From: Leucoraja ocellata
Taxonomy: Eukaryota
Length of the DNA: 64,000 nt
NCBI GenBank assembly: GCA_036785375.1
Contig: JAWMAR010000203.1
Span: 4,092,001-4,156,000, forward strand
Direction of reading: 5' to 3'
A program made the position numbers and the translations under genes. The stretch's first letter is position 1, and every line of letters starts with the position of its first letter. This document shows, piece by piece, positions 63,577 through 64,000 of this stretch. A model generated the notes under the pieces. That model saw only the letters and a list, made by a program, of their open reading frames with translations. It made no database searches and was not told the origin of the DNA.

Positions 63577-64000
63577 CTGCCAAGAAAAGAAACATAAATA
63601 GCAACCATTAATGGCAACATGGTGGCGCAGCGGTAGAGTTGCTGCCTTACAGCGCCACAGACCTGGCTTCCATCCTGACTATGGGTGCTGTCTGTACGGA
63701 GTTTCCCCATTTTCCCCGTGACAGAGTGGGTTTTCTCCAGGTGCCCCCTTGTCCTCCCGTGCCGGACAATTGAGATTGTTTTACCGATACCAATTAACCT
63801 ACCGACCTAGGATAGACATAAAATGCTGGAGTAACTCAGGCAGCATCTCTGTAGAAGGAATGGGTGACGTTTCGGGTTAAGACCTTTCTTCAGACCTGTA
63901 TGTCTTTTGTGTGGGAGGAAGCCGGTGCCCCCACGTGGTCACAGGGAGAACGTACATACTCCCTACAGGCTGTACCCATAGTAAGGATCGAACTCTGGTC

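Overview
This is repeat-dense vertebrate genomic DNA. The mix of HE1-type V-SINEs, CR1, Penelope-derived repeats, Rex1/Babar, DIRS and Helitron points to a cartilaginous fish, probably a skate or ray (inference). The ORF track misses most of the host gene content. On the minus strand I reconstructed by hand a complete six-exon, 960-nt (319 aa) immunoglobulin-superfamily gene. Its exons are leader 24950-24902, VJ-type V domain 24062-23727, C1 domain 20563-20270, transmembrane with an intramembrane Arg 13236-13135, and cytoplasmic 12510-12443 and 8099-7989. All introns are GT-AG and phase-consistent. It looks like a non-rearranging, germline-joined V(J)-C1 activating receptor with an NKp30/NCR3-like V domain. 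Upstream on the same strand is the 3' part of a second IgSF gene: a B7/butyrophilin-type IgC exon at 63576-63316 and a probable terminal exon at 54563-54511. The rest is nested mobile DNA: a decayed Helitron (Rep/Pif1), a near full-length HERO/NeSL-type restriction-endonuclease LINE interrupted by CR1, a DIRS1-like element with ITR/ICR architecture interrupted by a TA-flanked TIR element, two L1 insertions with TSDs, a Penelope GIY-YIG remnant with many hammerhead-like repeats, Harbinger-type MITEs, a solo LTR and SINEs. There are two assembly gaps. All family assignments come from motif recognition by eye; no database searches were run.
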